A stretch of DNA of 64,000 bases from Octopus bimaculoides. Taxonomy: Eukaryota. Made by a program: the position numbers and the translations under genes. The stretch spans positions 60,469,809 through 60,533,808 of the forward strand of contig NC_068993.1 of NCBI RefSeq assembly GCF_001194135.2, in the 5' to 3' direction. Numbering within the stretch: the first letter of the stretch is position 1; every line of letters starts with the position of its first letter. Under the pieces are notes generated by a model, which saw nothing but the letters and a program-made list of their open reading frames with translations, had not been told where the DNA came from and did no database searches. This document shows positions 1 through 12,256 of this stretch, piece after piece.

Positions 1-924
1 GTACAGGTATTCAACACAGCTATACTAAAGGCTGAGTCAATCCAACCATATTTTGGGTTGATTCCCGCCTAAATTCTTTGCTTGCTATTTCAGGTTCTCG
101 ACTCCGCGTAACGTTGATCACACCCTCGTTTCACTGCCCCCCCCCTCTTAATACAAAGACAGAAAACAAAAGGACGTATAACCTTGTGTTCCGGCTTCAC
201 ATACACACACGTGTGTGTGTATATGCACACTCACACACACAACACATTATTCGATTTAGACTTCCATTCATGAGTGTCCCTTCTCTGCGTGTGTTCATGC
301 AGACAAAGAGAGACACGCACTTACCTGTTAGTGTCTATCTGTTCATACAGATGTATGTATATTTCAATGTGAGCGTGGGTTTTATTACAATTCATAATCA
401 AGGTTGTATGAACGTATAAATACAGATGCAGATGTATATACCCCCATTCTACACACGCAGACACACCCACTTATTAATAACGACACTCATAGACGAACGG
501 AAAGAAATAGAAGCCAGCAGGATAGACGATAAATAAAAACATGAGTAATAATAAAAAAAATAAATAAAAGGTGTTCGTTGATGTTGGTGGAGTCTTGAAC
601 ATGATGGAGGAGAAAATAGCTAGTTTAATAATATAAGAGAATTTTTACCTCGATGCTTTTGTATTGTGAAGGTGACAGCTTTTGAGGAGCGCTGGGAAAA
701 GCCTCCTTTAATTGAAAGACCGGGCGAGATGGAAGTTAATTCGGACAAAAACAAATGGATTTCGTCGGTGTTTCGCTACTACTACTACAACTACTAACTG
801 CAACACCATATCTCTCTCTCTCTCTCACCATTACATTCACTCACGCGCGTATATGCGAAACACACACACGTGTGCATGTGCTTGCGTGTGTGTGTGTGTG
901 TGTGTGAATGCGTGTATATCACCG

Positions 925-1100
925 TCATCGTTTTAACGTCTACTTTTCCCCCTCCTTGCATGGGTCAGACGGAATCCACTAAAGCTGATTTTCTACGGTT
1001 AGATGCCCTTCCTGTCGCCGACCAGTCACCTGTTTGCAAGTAAGGTAATATTGCCCCTTGGCTGGACATCTTTATACGAAAGACTGGAAACAAATGACAA
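925..1100 (-). mobile_element. RTE-type LINE 3' tail fragment (variant)
   Basis: Reverse complement of the ...GTAGACGTTAAAACGATG tail plus GATGCCCTTCCTG motif shared with the other RTE tails; similar to 29505-29690. Confidence 0.65.
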
Positions 1101-1443
1101 TGTAGGTGGGTGGTCAGTTTAGGCTGGTCATTTCTTTACATGTTGTTATTTAGGGCATTTCTTGTTTTCATTCATAAAGTATATACATACATATATAGTT
1201 AAATAAGATTCTGGTAAAAATCTTGTAGAATGTTATGCAAAGCTTATCCACAAAGGACTCATTTAAACAATTACCTGAGGAGGTGCATTTTAAATCTTGG
1301 CTGTTTGATAATGATTATACATCTCATCAATATACTACAGGTGTTGAAATGTGTCAAAACAATTGTAGTGATTCTAAATAAAGAATGTTGTTCATTCCGT
1401 TTTTTGCCATTTAACTGTGTGTATGTATATATATACTACTATT

Positions 1444-1604
1444 ACTACACTCTCAGAGTGGTTGGCGTTAGGAAGGGCATCCAGCTGTAGAAACTCTGCC
1501 AGATCAGATTGGAGCCTGGTGCAGCCTTCTGGCTCACCAGTCTTCAGTCAAACCGTCCAATCCATGCTAACATGGACAGTGGACGTTAAACGATGATGAT
1601 GATG

Positions 1605-1606
<2 letters not shown>
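1444..1606 (+). mobile_element. 5'-truncated RTE LINE 3' tail
   Basis: GGTTGGCGTTAGGAAGGGCATCC...CCATGCTAACATGG...GGACGTTAAAC(GAT)n; homologous to the 3' UTR that follows the RT-coding remnant at 12.3-13.3 kb. Confidence 0.85.
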
Positions 1607-1638
<32 letters not shown>

Positions 1639-2604
1639 GTATGTATTTCTGTATATGTGTGTGTCTGTCTCCCTACACACTGCATGCGAACTGATGTTGG
1701 TTTGTTTACATCCCCACAAAAAGAACCTATAGGAAAATAGGAACTGGGCACTCAACAGAAGCTTTCAAGACAGTGCTCTAACATGACTACAATCAAATGA
1801 TTAAAGAAAGTAAAAAATGAAAGATGAAGAGAAGACAGGTGTGAAATCATTTCTAAAAATGTGGCAAAAGTACTGAGAATGATCTACTGTTTGCAGAATA
1901 CATTAAACGATTCCAATCCAATTGCAGAGAATTCTATTGGTGAAGAATGTATCAGTAATATGGATGCCAACAGTGAAGAATGAGTTTCCAAGCTTTGACA
2001 ACATTGATTCACCTTTTGAATACATTTTCAAGGTCTACATTCTGTGAACGATGATTAAATAAATTTTCAAGATACATTTTTCTTCTTCTTTCTTATACCA
2101 CTTACTATATACAATAGCTTCTGCCAAGCACTGAAATACCAATTTCTGTAAGAATGCATTCAGCTTTCTTTCTACAAATACTCTAGGAATGCATTCAGTT
2201 TTCTTTCTGCATATTCCTACTGTTTGTTGCATATTATAATATTCAAGGAAATTTTGCTTTGTCTGCATGAACTTATCTTTCTATAGGAATTCATTCACAT
2301 TTAGTAAACTTAGCTGATGGTTTTAGCCAGTTTTTACCAATATATTTGGTTCCAAATTTAATCTAGTTTCCTTTAAAGATTAGTGTTGAGTTATTTTTTA
2401 AGATTTCATAATTTATACCAGAATCCAGTCACAATATTGTGTTTACAAGCACAGAATCATATATTTTCAACTACAAAACAAATTTAAAATGTATGTTGAA
2501 GCATGCTAAAATTATTTCTATAAAATATCGGTAAAATAGGGGAACAGTAGTATTATTAAGAGTGTTTTTTTATAAGCCAACCAATATGGTGTGTGAGTGT
2601 ATGT

Positions 2605-2897
2605 ATCATCATCATCATCATCATCGCTTAATGTCTGCTTTCCATGCTGGCATGGGTTGGACGGTTTCACTGAGGACTGGCGAGTCAGAGGACTGCACCC
2701 GGCTCCCATCTGATCTGGCAAAGTTTCTACAGCTGGGTGCCCTTCCTAATGCCAACCACTCCAAGTGTGTAGTGGGTGCTTTTACGTGCCACCGGCATGA
2801 GGGCCATTCAGGCGGTACTGGCAACAATCACGCTCAAATGGTGTCTTTTTTACGTGCCACCTGCACAGGAGCCAGTCCGGCAGCACTGGCAAAAACC
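2605..2897 (-). mobile_element. RTE LINE 3' UTR with internal subrepeats
   Basis: (ATC)n tail, CCATGCTGGCATGG palindrome, two GCTTTTACGTGCCACC-type subrepeats. Confidence 0.85.
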
Positions 2898-2954
2898 ATA
2901 CTAGATAGATAGGAAGGTAGATATGTGGGTAGGTAGGTAGGTAGATGGATGGAT

Positions 2955-3061
2955 AACCAGACAACTAAGCAATGCGGACATAAACAAACCAACACCTGTT
3001 ATCAAGCAGGGTGAGGCAAATTCCAACACAAACATACATGAGTGTGTGTGTGCGTATGTAA

Positions 3062-3102
<41 letters not shown>

Positions 3103-3275
3103 TGTGTGTGTGTATACACACACACACGCCATACTTCCAGTTTCCATCTATCAAATTCCCTCACATAGCACTAGTCAGTCCTGAGCTATTATAGAAAACA
3201 CATGCCCAAGGTGCTGTGCTGAGGGATTGAACCTGAAACAACATGGTTGCAAAGTGAGCTTGTTAACCGCTTATG
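2955..3275 (-). mobile_element. tRNA-derived SINE family A (abundant), with internal (TA)n/(CA)n
   Basis: Reverse-complement homology to the full copy at 50650-51058; diverged with CpG decay. Confidence 0.75.
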
Positions 3276-3329
3276 CATTGTTCATGAAAAATGCATCTCT
3301 GGGGAATTTTCCCTTGGTCCATTATATGG

Positions 3330-3547
3330 TTGGAGAGAGAGAGAGATAGACAGACAAAGTGAGACAGAGAAAGAGAGAGACAGGCAGCAGACAGAGAGAG
3401 AGAGAGAGAGAGAGAGAAACAGAGACAGACAGAAGAGAGACAGACAGAGAGAGTCAGAAAGAGTGAAAGAAAGAGAGAGAGAGAGAGAGAGAGACAGTCA
3501 GACAGAGAAAGAGAGAGAGACAGACAGACAGAGAAAGAGAGAGACAG
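3330..3547. repeat. (AG)n/(AGAC)n compound microsatellite running into an N-gap
   Basis: Direct reading. Confidence 0.95.
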
Positions 3548-4984
3548 NNNNNNNNNNNNNNNNNNNNNNNNNNNNNNNNNNNNNNNNNNNNNNNNNNNNN
3601 NNNNNNNNNNNNNNNNNNNNNNNNNNNNNNNNNNNNNNNNNNNNNNNNNNNNNNNNNNNNNNNNNNNNNNNNNNNNNNNNNNNNNNNNNNNNNNNNNNNN
3701 NNNNNNNNNNNNNNNNNNNNNNNNNNNNNNNNNNNNNNNNNNNNNNNNNNNNNNNNNNNNNNNNNNNNNNNNNNNNNNNNNNNNNNNNNNNNNNNNNNNN
3801 NNNNNNNNNNNNNNNNNNNNNNNNNNNNNNNNNNNNNNNNNNNNNNNNNNNNNNNNNNNNNNNNNNNNNNNNNNNNNNNNNNNNNNNNNNNNNNNNNNNN
3901 NNNNNNNNNNNNNNNNNNNNNNNNNNNNNNNNNNNNNNNNNNNNNNNNNNNNNNNNNNNNNNNNNNNNNNNNNNNNNNNNNNNNNNTGATCAAACATGTT
4001 TACGACATCTTTCTTAAAAGTGTGAGCGCGCGCGCATCTGCATTCCAGTCCTTTTTACACACACACACACTGGAAAATACCGAGAGAATGCTAACGATGT
4101 TTTGAGGGATCTCCTAAGCTTGCTCTCCTCTCTCCAGCCTCACCCAAAATGCCACCCCCTCTCTCTCTCCCATACACACCACATCTTTATTATTTTACCC
4201 TTTCTTTCGTATAACACTCCACAACTTCTCATCGTTTTGTCCTCCAGACCGTCTATTTCCTCTATCTCCCCATAACCGCCCCCCCCCCGCCAATATTTTC
4301 CCGATCCTCCTCCTCCTTCTCTCCATACAGTCCTTCGTGTCTCTTAACTGCCCTTCTTCCTCCCTCCTTATCTTCTGCCCTATATCTTGTATTGTGCGAA
4401 CCAACGAGAAAGCCTTAAGGTGGACGCTCGATTTTCTAGAAACAACAGCTAAAATGACACTATTGTTTTCAATAATATAAAGCATATGACAATGTAGTAT
4501 CAGATATGCTATTTGAGTAAAAGACGAGGTGGTTGCGTGCCAGGGTCTAAACAACAATTGTTTACCCCCCATGACCGTTGCTCTTCTCTCAAATCCTCTA
4601 TAGTATTTCAAATGAGGATTTCCCCAATGCCTATCCATCTACCAACACGTATCCATCTGTTAAGCAATGTTTCAGTATCTATCTGTCTATCTATAAATTA
4701 CTAACAACCCATGTTTCTTGTAGCGAGTACTCTCTCACATACACACATATACATTCACACACACATACACATAGACACGTTTGCGTGTGTATAGATTCTC
4801 TGACTATATACTATCAACTTCCACCAGCGAACAGTCGCCTCCTTATCACATTGTACCATCAATAGATCCAATCTGGTCAACGTCAAAGAAAGCTTCATTC
4901 CCAGCATCCAAGTTCAACAAAGAATGATTTAATTAAGTGCTATAAACACTAAGATGGAACGTTAAGACGGATCGATACTTTCCT

Positions 4985-5390
4985 TTACGTGGGTCGCTCG
5001 ACCTGCTAGAAATAACAGCCAAATCTCCCTCAAGGAACACTATGCTACCTTAATCCAATCGTACGCGCACACACTAACCCTGAAAAGTTAAAAATCAGTG
5101 GGATGGTCGCTGCTGGAATGGCTGATTATAGATCTGCTCAATCAAGGCTTACCTGGGGCTAAATAACGAATCAAAAACATTGGATCTGCTAGAAATAGCG
5201 ACAAATCTATTTCAAATCGAAATCTATTATGTGAAATAGGGAGGGAAACATACTGTATAATATAGTCGTAGATATCCATATATTATACCGTACACAAAGA
5301 CGTGGTGATCACGAAAGGAACGTGTTTGCATGAGGGTTTGTTGTCCAATTACGTCTGATCTATGGGGTTAAGCAATAACACGTGTTTGAT
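4985..5390 (+). repeat. Dispersed repeat family C (CTGCTAGAAATAGCAGCCAAAT core), two diverged tandem pieces
   Basis: GGTCGCTCGACCTGCTAGAAATAACAGCCAAATCTCCCTC and GGATGGTC...GCTGGAAT motifs recur at 7755-7960, 10105-10365, 21900-22070, 25790-25825, 47345-47550, 55660-56075 and 63130-63260. Confidence 0.7.
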
Positions 5391-6994
5391 GGGGCTTTTT
5401 TCCCTTCATTCTCCTTGTTGTAGACCAGATATATCGGCTTTTCTAGACTAGGTAAAAATTCCTATTAATTGTTTACAAAATAATGTCTAGTTGACTCATT
5501 CATTGATCACTGGACAACACATTATTCGTGGCTTCAACACAGAATATCGGTGGGACAGGTTGAATGTGAAACCACACAGTGGAAGTCACTAAACCAAGAG
5601 TTTCTGTTGCTGTTTAGTACAGGAATATTGATTTCTTTTTAGAAGAATCATTAGGCCACGTTTCTTTCTATTCTGAATATGAAAGAGGTCTTTACGGAAC
5701 CAGCAACGTTAAAAATAATAAAACTATATTAACGAAGTCATTAACTGACTTCGTAAATTAATGGTATCCCCCCACCCCCAACGTAGAACTGGCACTGCTG
5801 AGAACATGATTTGAAACAGTCATATCTTTTTGATGGTCACCAAAGGCGTGGATTGGCCGAATCGTTAGATCCTCGGACAAATGACAGCTGTATTAGGCTA
5901 TGGCTTATTACATTCTAGTTTCACATCCTAACGGATCGCGCTTTGCATTGGTCCTTCCAAAATCGATAAAATACCCGCCTTCTTACAAATGTTAGATCTA
6001 AATTTTAGACCTCGGTATAAAATGAAAACTTCACAGTCCTAGAATCGAAACCATGTCCATAGGTGTTCCATTGCTGTTCCGCTCCATGTCAACTGTAATA
6101 GATCTGTCATCAAAAACATCCCATTTTTGGGCTTGCAGATTGTGTCCTTCTGTTTTCAAGACGTTTAGTATGATGTCAGAGAATGTCAGTTGCTATTTTT
6201 AGACTATATAGTCAACTGAGTCGCTAAAAATGGCAGTTGCATCGCCTTTAAATCACAAACTATTTGACCGTCTTAGATGAGGAAAGGAGACGATAAATGA
6301 ATTTAGACCTACATAAACCGTAAATAGGTTGGAGTGAGGTTCTCACAGTTGAAATGCTTTTGATCATAGGTTGACCTAGGGCTAAACAAAAGCTACCACG
6401 TAGATATGATCCTGTATTGACTGAAAGTCACGGTTTTTATAAATCGGTGCATTTGTTAGTAACGAAGAATGAACATCGTACGGTGTGGGGCGAAAGAGGC
6501 TATTAAAAAATGAAACAATAGGGACTTGATAGCCTGGCGATAAGATATGAACGTCACATTCTGTAAAGTATACGAACCAACGAGGAAGCCCTTCGCAACC
6601 GTTCGACCCGCACACAACTGTATTGAAATACGATGATCCTAGACGTATATAACCTGAAAAAAAGGTAGGGGGCATGATGATCGCATCATTTGAAGCTAAA
6701 TAACGTCAGCGCCCTCTTTACAATTCCTATGCAGCAGGTGTCCCCAAATATATATTTCCCAGTCATTCTTTTAGTGTATAAAGCTACTTGGTGTTCATTC
6801 ATGAAAATCCTTTACGCTTATCTAGACATTCTAAGACCTGGAAGTAGCAGCTTGACGACGCTTAGCTGAGGAAGTCTAATAACGCTGAAACAAGTATGAA
6901 GTTGTCAGCACATTGCTAAACAACAGTCTCATTCATCCACTGCATTCTATATTGTATTGATTTTAATAAGAATCTCGGAGTTGCTACTCTGCAT

Positions 6995-7031
<37 letters not shown>

Positions 7032-7254
7032 GAATTAGTCATCTAGATAATGATTCGTCATCATCGTAATTTAACTGAAATTTTTTGTTTCACCACATTA
7101 TGTTAGCATCCACTTTTTCATGCAATGGGCGTCCCTGGGTAATTTTTCCTCGGTTTTCGCTTCATCCTGGAATAATCTTCCCCCCACCCGCCCTCTAAGT
7201 GTTCGTCTGTATAATCGCAAGGGGCCGTTCACATGCAGTTTTTTTCTCCATATC

Positions 7255-7540
7255 TTTTGTTTCAGTCATTCGATTGCGACCATACTGGGGCACTGCTTTG
7301 TGGGGAGGGGGTTAGCTGGACAAATGGACCTCAATTCTTATTTTTAAAGTTTGGTACTAATTCTATCGGTCGCAATTCCCGAACAGCTAAGTTATAGGGA
7401 CGTAAACAAACCAGCATCGGTTGTCAAGCAGAGGGGGGGGGGCAAACACACATATGTTACACGACAGACTTCTTTCAGTTTCCGTCAACCAAATCCACTC
7501 ATAAGGCTTCGGTCGGTCTAAAACGAGGACTTGGGTTTCA
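7255..7540 (-). mobile_element. SINE family A, lacking tRNA head
   Basis: CAGTCATT..TGCGACCATACTGGGGCAC, GGTTGTCAAGC and CTTCTTTCAGTTTCCGTC blocks match the family in reverse. Confidence 0.8.
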
Positions 7541-7754
7541 GCTTCTAAATTTAGTGAAATAAAAGTTTGGAAGGAATTAAATTCATTCCAAGAATTTGTT
7601 ACAAACGAATTAAAAAACTCGGTTTTCGGTTTCAAGTTGGTACAAGTTATAATTAAGATTTTTAGCATTGACTCAGGGCCAAAAATTCGCAGGAGAGCGG
7701 GTATAATTGACCGAATCTGTCCTTCAAAACGGGTGGTGATTTATTTCAAAGATC

Positions 7755-7960
7755 CTGTTCGTATTGCTGTTTAGCTCCGTATCTAAGAACATGATCGAAC
7801 AGACCCATGATAAAAAGCTTTTCAACCGTGACCGTCCTGTCATTGAAGTGTAATATAGGACTACGTTATCTAACGTGTTGTCCCTTCCTCCTTTCACTCT
7901 CATTAAAGACAGGTAGGGTACGATTTGAGGGAAATTTGGCTGCCATTTCTAGGAGATCGT
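7755..7960 (-). repeat. Dispersed repeat family C
   Basis: TTTGAGGGAAATTTGGCTGCCATTTCTAG and CCGTGACCGTCC motifs (reverse complement of 4985-5170). Confidence 0.7.
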
Positions 7961-9236
7961 CTCGTTTTCAATCCACTGTTATATTCAAACTAAGAACAAC
8001 GGCTTTTAAATAATAGATGCAAACTATTCCTCTCTCTTCCTTTCGTCCCTTCATTTACTAACCCCCATTCGGGTTAGGTTAAGCACAACTCAACAAATAG
8101 TGTCACTTCGACCCTTCCATTGTCAGACAAAGTGATGAATGCGAAATAATACAATAGGAAATTCAACTTTCTTCCTCGACTAACATCACACACCATGTTT
8201 ATTTGTTTCTTTACCTCATCTTCATGATTTGTTTTGGGGTTTTCTTTTATTGTACCATATATTAAATATAGCTTGATTTTGTTAAAAATAATTTTAGTTA
8301 AATAAGTATTAACAGCGCTAAGCAAACTATAAGCCAATTATTTGCATAAAACGAGTGCAGCATAAAAGAAATGCATATTTTCAACATTTATTTGTTGCAA
8401 AAAAAAAAAAAATACTGTTTGCACCTCGCTAAATCTGATATTGGACAAAAATACTGTGGTACCCCACACCTTGCAACCCACGCACTGATATTGGTTAATC
8501 CGGGTCTGTCTCCACTTTGTTTCTTCCATCTCTCTATCTATAATGTAGACACTTCCAAGAGCTAAAAATAACTTATCAATCGGGGTGGCGTAGTCACCAT
8601 TACGTACACAGCAAAGAACACATTCTTTATACACACAAAAGTGCATTGGAAATCATTATACACTCTACATAAGTGCATTAGACTGAAACACACACATGTA
8701 GATAAGCGCGCGCACATGAGACGAAAGAAAGAGACATTGCAAAATCTCCAACCGCAGCAGCAATATTAGACATTCATATAAAAACACGAGACAAATGTTT
8801 ACAATTTACCTTCGTCTTAAAAAAAGTAAGAAACCTCGAAGCTAAGAAATCACTATTATTATTTAAATATATAGTAGTTTACAAACAAAAGACGAAGCGA
8901 AACCTCGCCGGACTACTTTATAACTGCCCTCCATACATTCATGTCTCCATAAACCACACACACACACGTCGTATCATGTTATATTATATTTAAGTATGCA
9001 TGTGTGAAAAGAAATGAATAGGCATAGAGAATGGAGGACAAATACGTGTGTTTTAAGGAGGATAGGTGAGTGAAATGCATAGAGAATTAGAAAGACAGAC
9101 AAAGATAAGGAGGAATAAATTGGTTAATACTTTGCGTTCGCAGAAGAACGATAAAGCGTTATTCCTTAATCGAATTTCATAGATGAAAACTGGAATCTTT
9201 GTTCATATGTAAAATTGCTTTAAAAAAAATACTTTG

Positions 9237-9276
<40 letters not shown>

Positions 9277-9884
9277 CACCTAACACACTCCGGTTTCCAA
9301 TCCATATGTAAGAGGTGATTCCAGTAGTAGGAATGGATGTAGTCGATAGAATAGACAGACAATATTGTAAATAACAACAACATATATACCAAAAACGAAA
9401 ATAAACAAATTGTGCAAAAAGAATAAAAGAGAAAAGAAAGTCTTGTCTACAGCGTAACTTATTAAATACGAAAATGAAAAAAACAGCCAACGGTTTAATT
9501 GAACAAGAACGGAGTATTTAGCTTTTACTTACTGCTTTGAGAAAATAACCAACCAACAGGCTATAAGATACTTATCAAAATATATACATATATATATAGA
9601 TATATATATACTTGTCAAAGCAACCTTTAAATGTATTGTAAACGAGAGGCAAAAGTGCGTGTTCAAAATATTGCGCTTCGTCACATGGATTTAATGGACA
9701 CACACACCTCACATAAACGTAGATATCTCCGACAGATATCTCCTACAACGCACACCGAAACTAAACGATCTCATATCATAAATTATTATATTATATAATG
9801 TTATATAATGTATAAATTTACAGTTTGAATTAGACATAATAAAATGAGGGAAAAAAAGCGGGCATTTCCAGACCCCCCTCCCTC

Positions 9885-9917
<33 letters not shown>

Positions 9918-10104
9918 CATACATAAATACATACATATGTATACATATATATATAGCTTACTGCACCCGGTTTCACTTTCTAGTTGCGACTGTTTAATTT
10001 TCATTTTACGTCGGTCATGTCGTCAGCATACCCTTGAGAAAGGCACGAGAATTCAGTTTTGTTCCACATCTGAGGACTTAACGTTTTGCAATCTGACATC
10101 GATG

Positions 10105-10365
10105 TAAGTTGTTGTTAAGCCCCAGGTAAACCTACAGCTAGCAGCTCTCTCAATAAACATGCCATCTGTGACCATCCTGTCATTTGACCTGTGGTTTATG
10201 TATGAACGCGCTCGTATGTTATTTTATAGTTTTCACGAAGATCTAGTAACACTGTCGGTCTGGCTGATAGCGGGCTGTTGGGGTAAATTGGTTGACGGGC
10301 TTGTGTTGAAGCTCATAATATGGCTGGGTTTTGGCTGTTATTTCTAGAAAGTCGAGCTGTTACGT
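10105..10365 (-). repeat. Dispersed repeat family C
   Basis: TTGTTAAGCCCCAGGT...GTGACCATCC...TTGGCTGTTATTTCTAGAAAGTCGAGC. Confidence 0.7.
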
Positions 10366-10369
10366 ACAG

Positions 10370-10574
10370 CAGGCATGGGCAATCTTTATCGACAAGCGGG
10401 TGGCACTAATAAAAAAAATTAATTAATTTAAGGTAACTTTTTGATTCGCGTGCCATTTAGAAAGTCCCACAGACCCACTATGCGTTCTTGGGCATCAGAG
10501 CGGAAACGAAATTTCCTTAGGGTGTGTAAACCCCTAGTTCAACCCAAGGTGTTCGTTTTCATTGCCCACACCCA
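10370..10574. mobile_element. Possible hAT-type MITE
   Basis: Left end CAGGCATGGGCAA and right end TTGCCCACACCCA form a degenerate 13-bp TIR of hAT style; no 8-bp TSD recognisable. Confidence 0.45.
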
Positions 10575-10589
10575 CCCTAACAAAAACTT

Positions 10590-10900
10590 TTAGTGGGTGC
10601 ACTTGCATTCCCTGTTCCCGAGTCTACGGAAGTCTTGGTTTCAGTCCCACAGCATGACACTGCGGGCAAGTGTCTTCTGTTATTGCTCCGAGCCGACCAA
10701 AGCTTTGCGAGTGGATTGGGCAGAAGGAAACTGTACGGAAGCCTATCGTGTACGTGTCTTGACAACCGGCGTTGGTTTGTTTGCGTTCCCGTAAATTAAC
10801 GATTTGGTATAAAACAACGATAGAATAAGCGCCAGACTTGAAAAAAAAAAGTATTGGTGGTGGCAGCGTTGATTCTTTCAACTAAAACCCTTCCAAAGCC
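10590..10900 (+). mobile_element. SINE family A, diverged
   Basis: GGTTTCAGTCCCAC..GGGCAAGTGTCTTCT..CCGACCAAAGC..GACAACCGGCGTTGG. Confidence 0.8.
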
Positions 10901-11468
10901 TTTCCGATGACTGGAACAGGTTAAAACAAAAAATTCAAAACGCTTCAAATAATGTCGGTAACGATTATATCGGAATTTAACGTAAAAGAAAAGAAAATTG
11001 ATGGCCGTGCACGTGCACACACACACACACACACGCACGTATCGAATAATTCTTTTCAAAATTTCGACTTTCACTTCTTAGATAGAACTACAATTGTGTA
11101 ACCAATCGAAGCTATCAGCTGAATAAAATTTCTATTACTTGTGGTGATATGTTCGCCAAACAGCATTTGCAGTGGTTGTTATTCAATTTTTTTTTTATAT
11201 AGCGTCGTTAGTTACGTTTCCTGTAGGTCAATTACTGGTTCACTACGTTTGCGATGGAGGTCATGGCAAGGAGGTAATGGGTAGCTCGAGTAGGACAAAT
11301 ATTGTACAATGTATTCTTATTACAAAACACCGGTTTATTGATTTCACACATCCACACAAACGTGTGTGTACACCTACATGAGGGCAGCGGATTGTATTTT
11401 GTGTGTATATATGTGCGTGTGTGTGTGTATGTATTAATATTATATTTTATCAAATGTATTAAAATTTC

Positions 11469-12247
11469 GGTACTATTCAAGAAGAGTGCACGCACTTGCA
11501 CACTCGCGTATCCGCGCTAGCTAGTCGTGACTAGTCGATCCTACAACGACTATGTAACGCGAGTGCGCGCCATGCGCAAAACAATTATGAGGGTTTTTTT
11601 TTAAACAAAATAAATAATTTTTTTTAAACAAAGTAAATATAACACAAAGTAAATAATTTTGTTGTTGTTGTTGAATCTTCCCCATCTTACTCTTAAAACG
11701 TTGTTTTACTTCCTTCCAGGGTGTATTTTGGTGTCACATCTATTTCAGTAATCCCATTGTACGACGCACTCCAACAATCAGAATATATAGTCGTCCCTGG
11801 TTTGATAAATTTTTTAATAAATGGTAAAAGAGTTTCAGAAGAACGGTCAGGTACAAAGACTAAAAAACCTATTTTTATCCTCTCTATCCCAACCTCGGTT
11901 GTATTTGCGCTTCCACATCATAGATTCATCTGTTTCTACGATGTGCCCAAGTCCACCAATTTAATAGGGGTTACGCAAAAGCTAATTACTTGTAATGTCC
12001 CTCATGTACTGATACCATTGAACAACAGTAGATTTTGAAAGACCAACTTTTTAATGAACTCCTTACCAAAAACAGGTAGTGTATAATTTATTTACTTTGT
12101 TTAGAAAAAAATTATTTACTTTGTTTAGAAAAACCCTCATGTGCATGACGCGCACTCGTGCTAGGTAGTCGTAGGATTGACTAGTCACGACTCGCTAGCG
12201 CGGATGCGCGAGTGCGCGCACCGGGACCATTCTTGTTGAATAGTACC
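11469..12247 (-). mobile_element. Merlin (IS1595-family) DNA transposon, internally deleted, with about 170-190 bp TIRs and 9-bp TSD
   Basis: TIRs start GGTACTATTCAA / end TTGAATAGTACC; TSD TAAAATTTC at 11460-11468 and 12248-12256; minus-strand remnants KSTVVQWYQYMRDI, IGGLGHIVETDESMMWKRKYNRG and FVPDRSSETLLPFIKKFIKPGTTIYSDCWSA match Merlin DDE motifs (VEIDES..KRKY.RG; DR...L...I..GT.I.SD.W). Confidence 0.93.
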
Positions 12248-12256
12248 TAAAATTTC

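Noticed and set aside
1897-1983. Terminal exon NTLNDSNPIAENSIGEECISNMDANSEE* after TGTTTGCAG
   Set aside because: Short, no homology and no linked upstream exon; cannot be distinguished from chance
5618-5752. 135-nt AG-to-GT open frame and 9-bp hairpin at 5732-5754
   Set aside because: No recognisable protein; an open frame of this length is expected somewhere in 64 kb, and the hairpin is short
6860-6900. Another hammerhead (CTGAGGA..GAAAC)
   Set aside because: Stems I-III do not pair; at best a decayed PLE remnant
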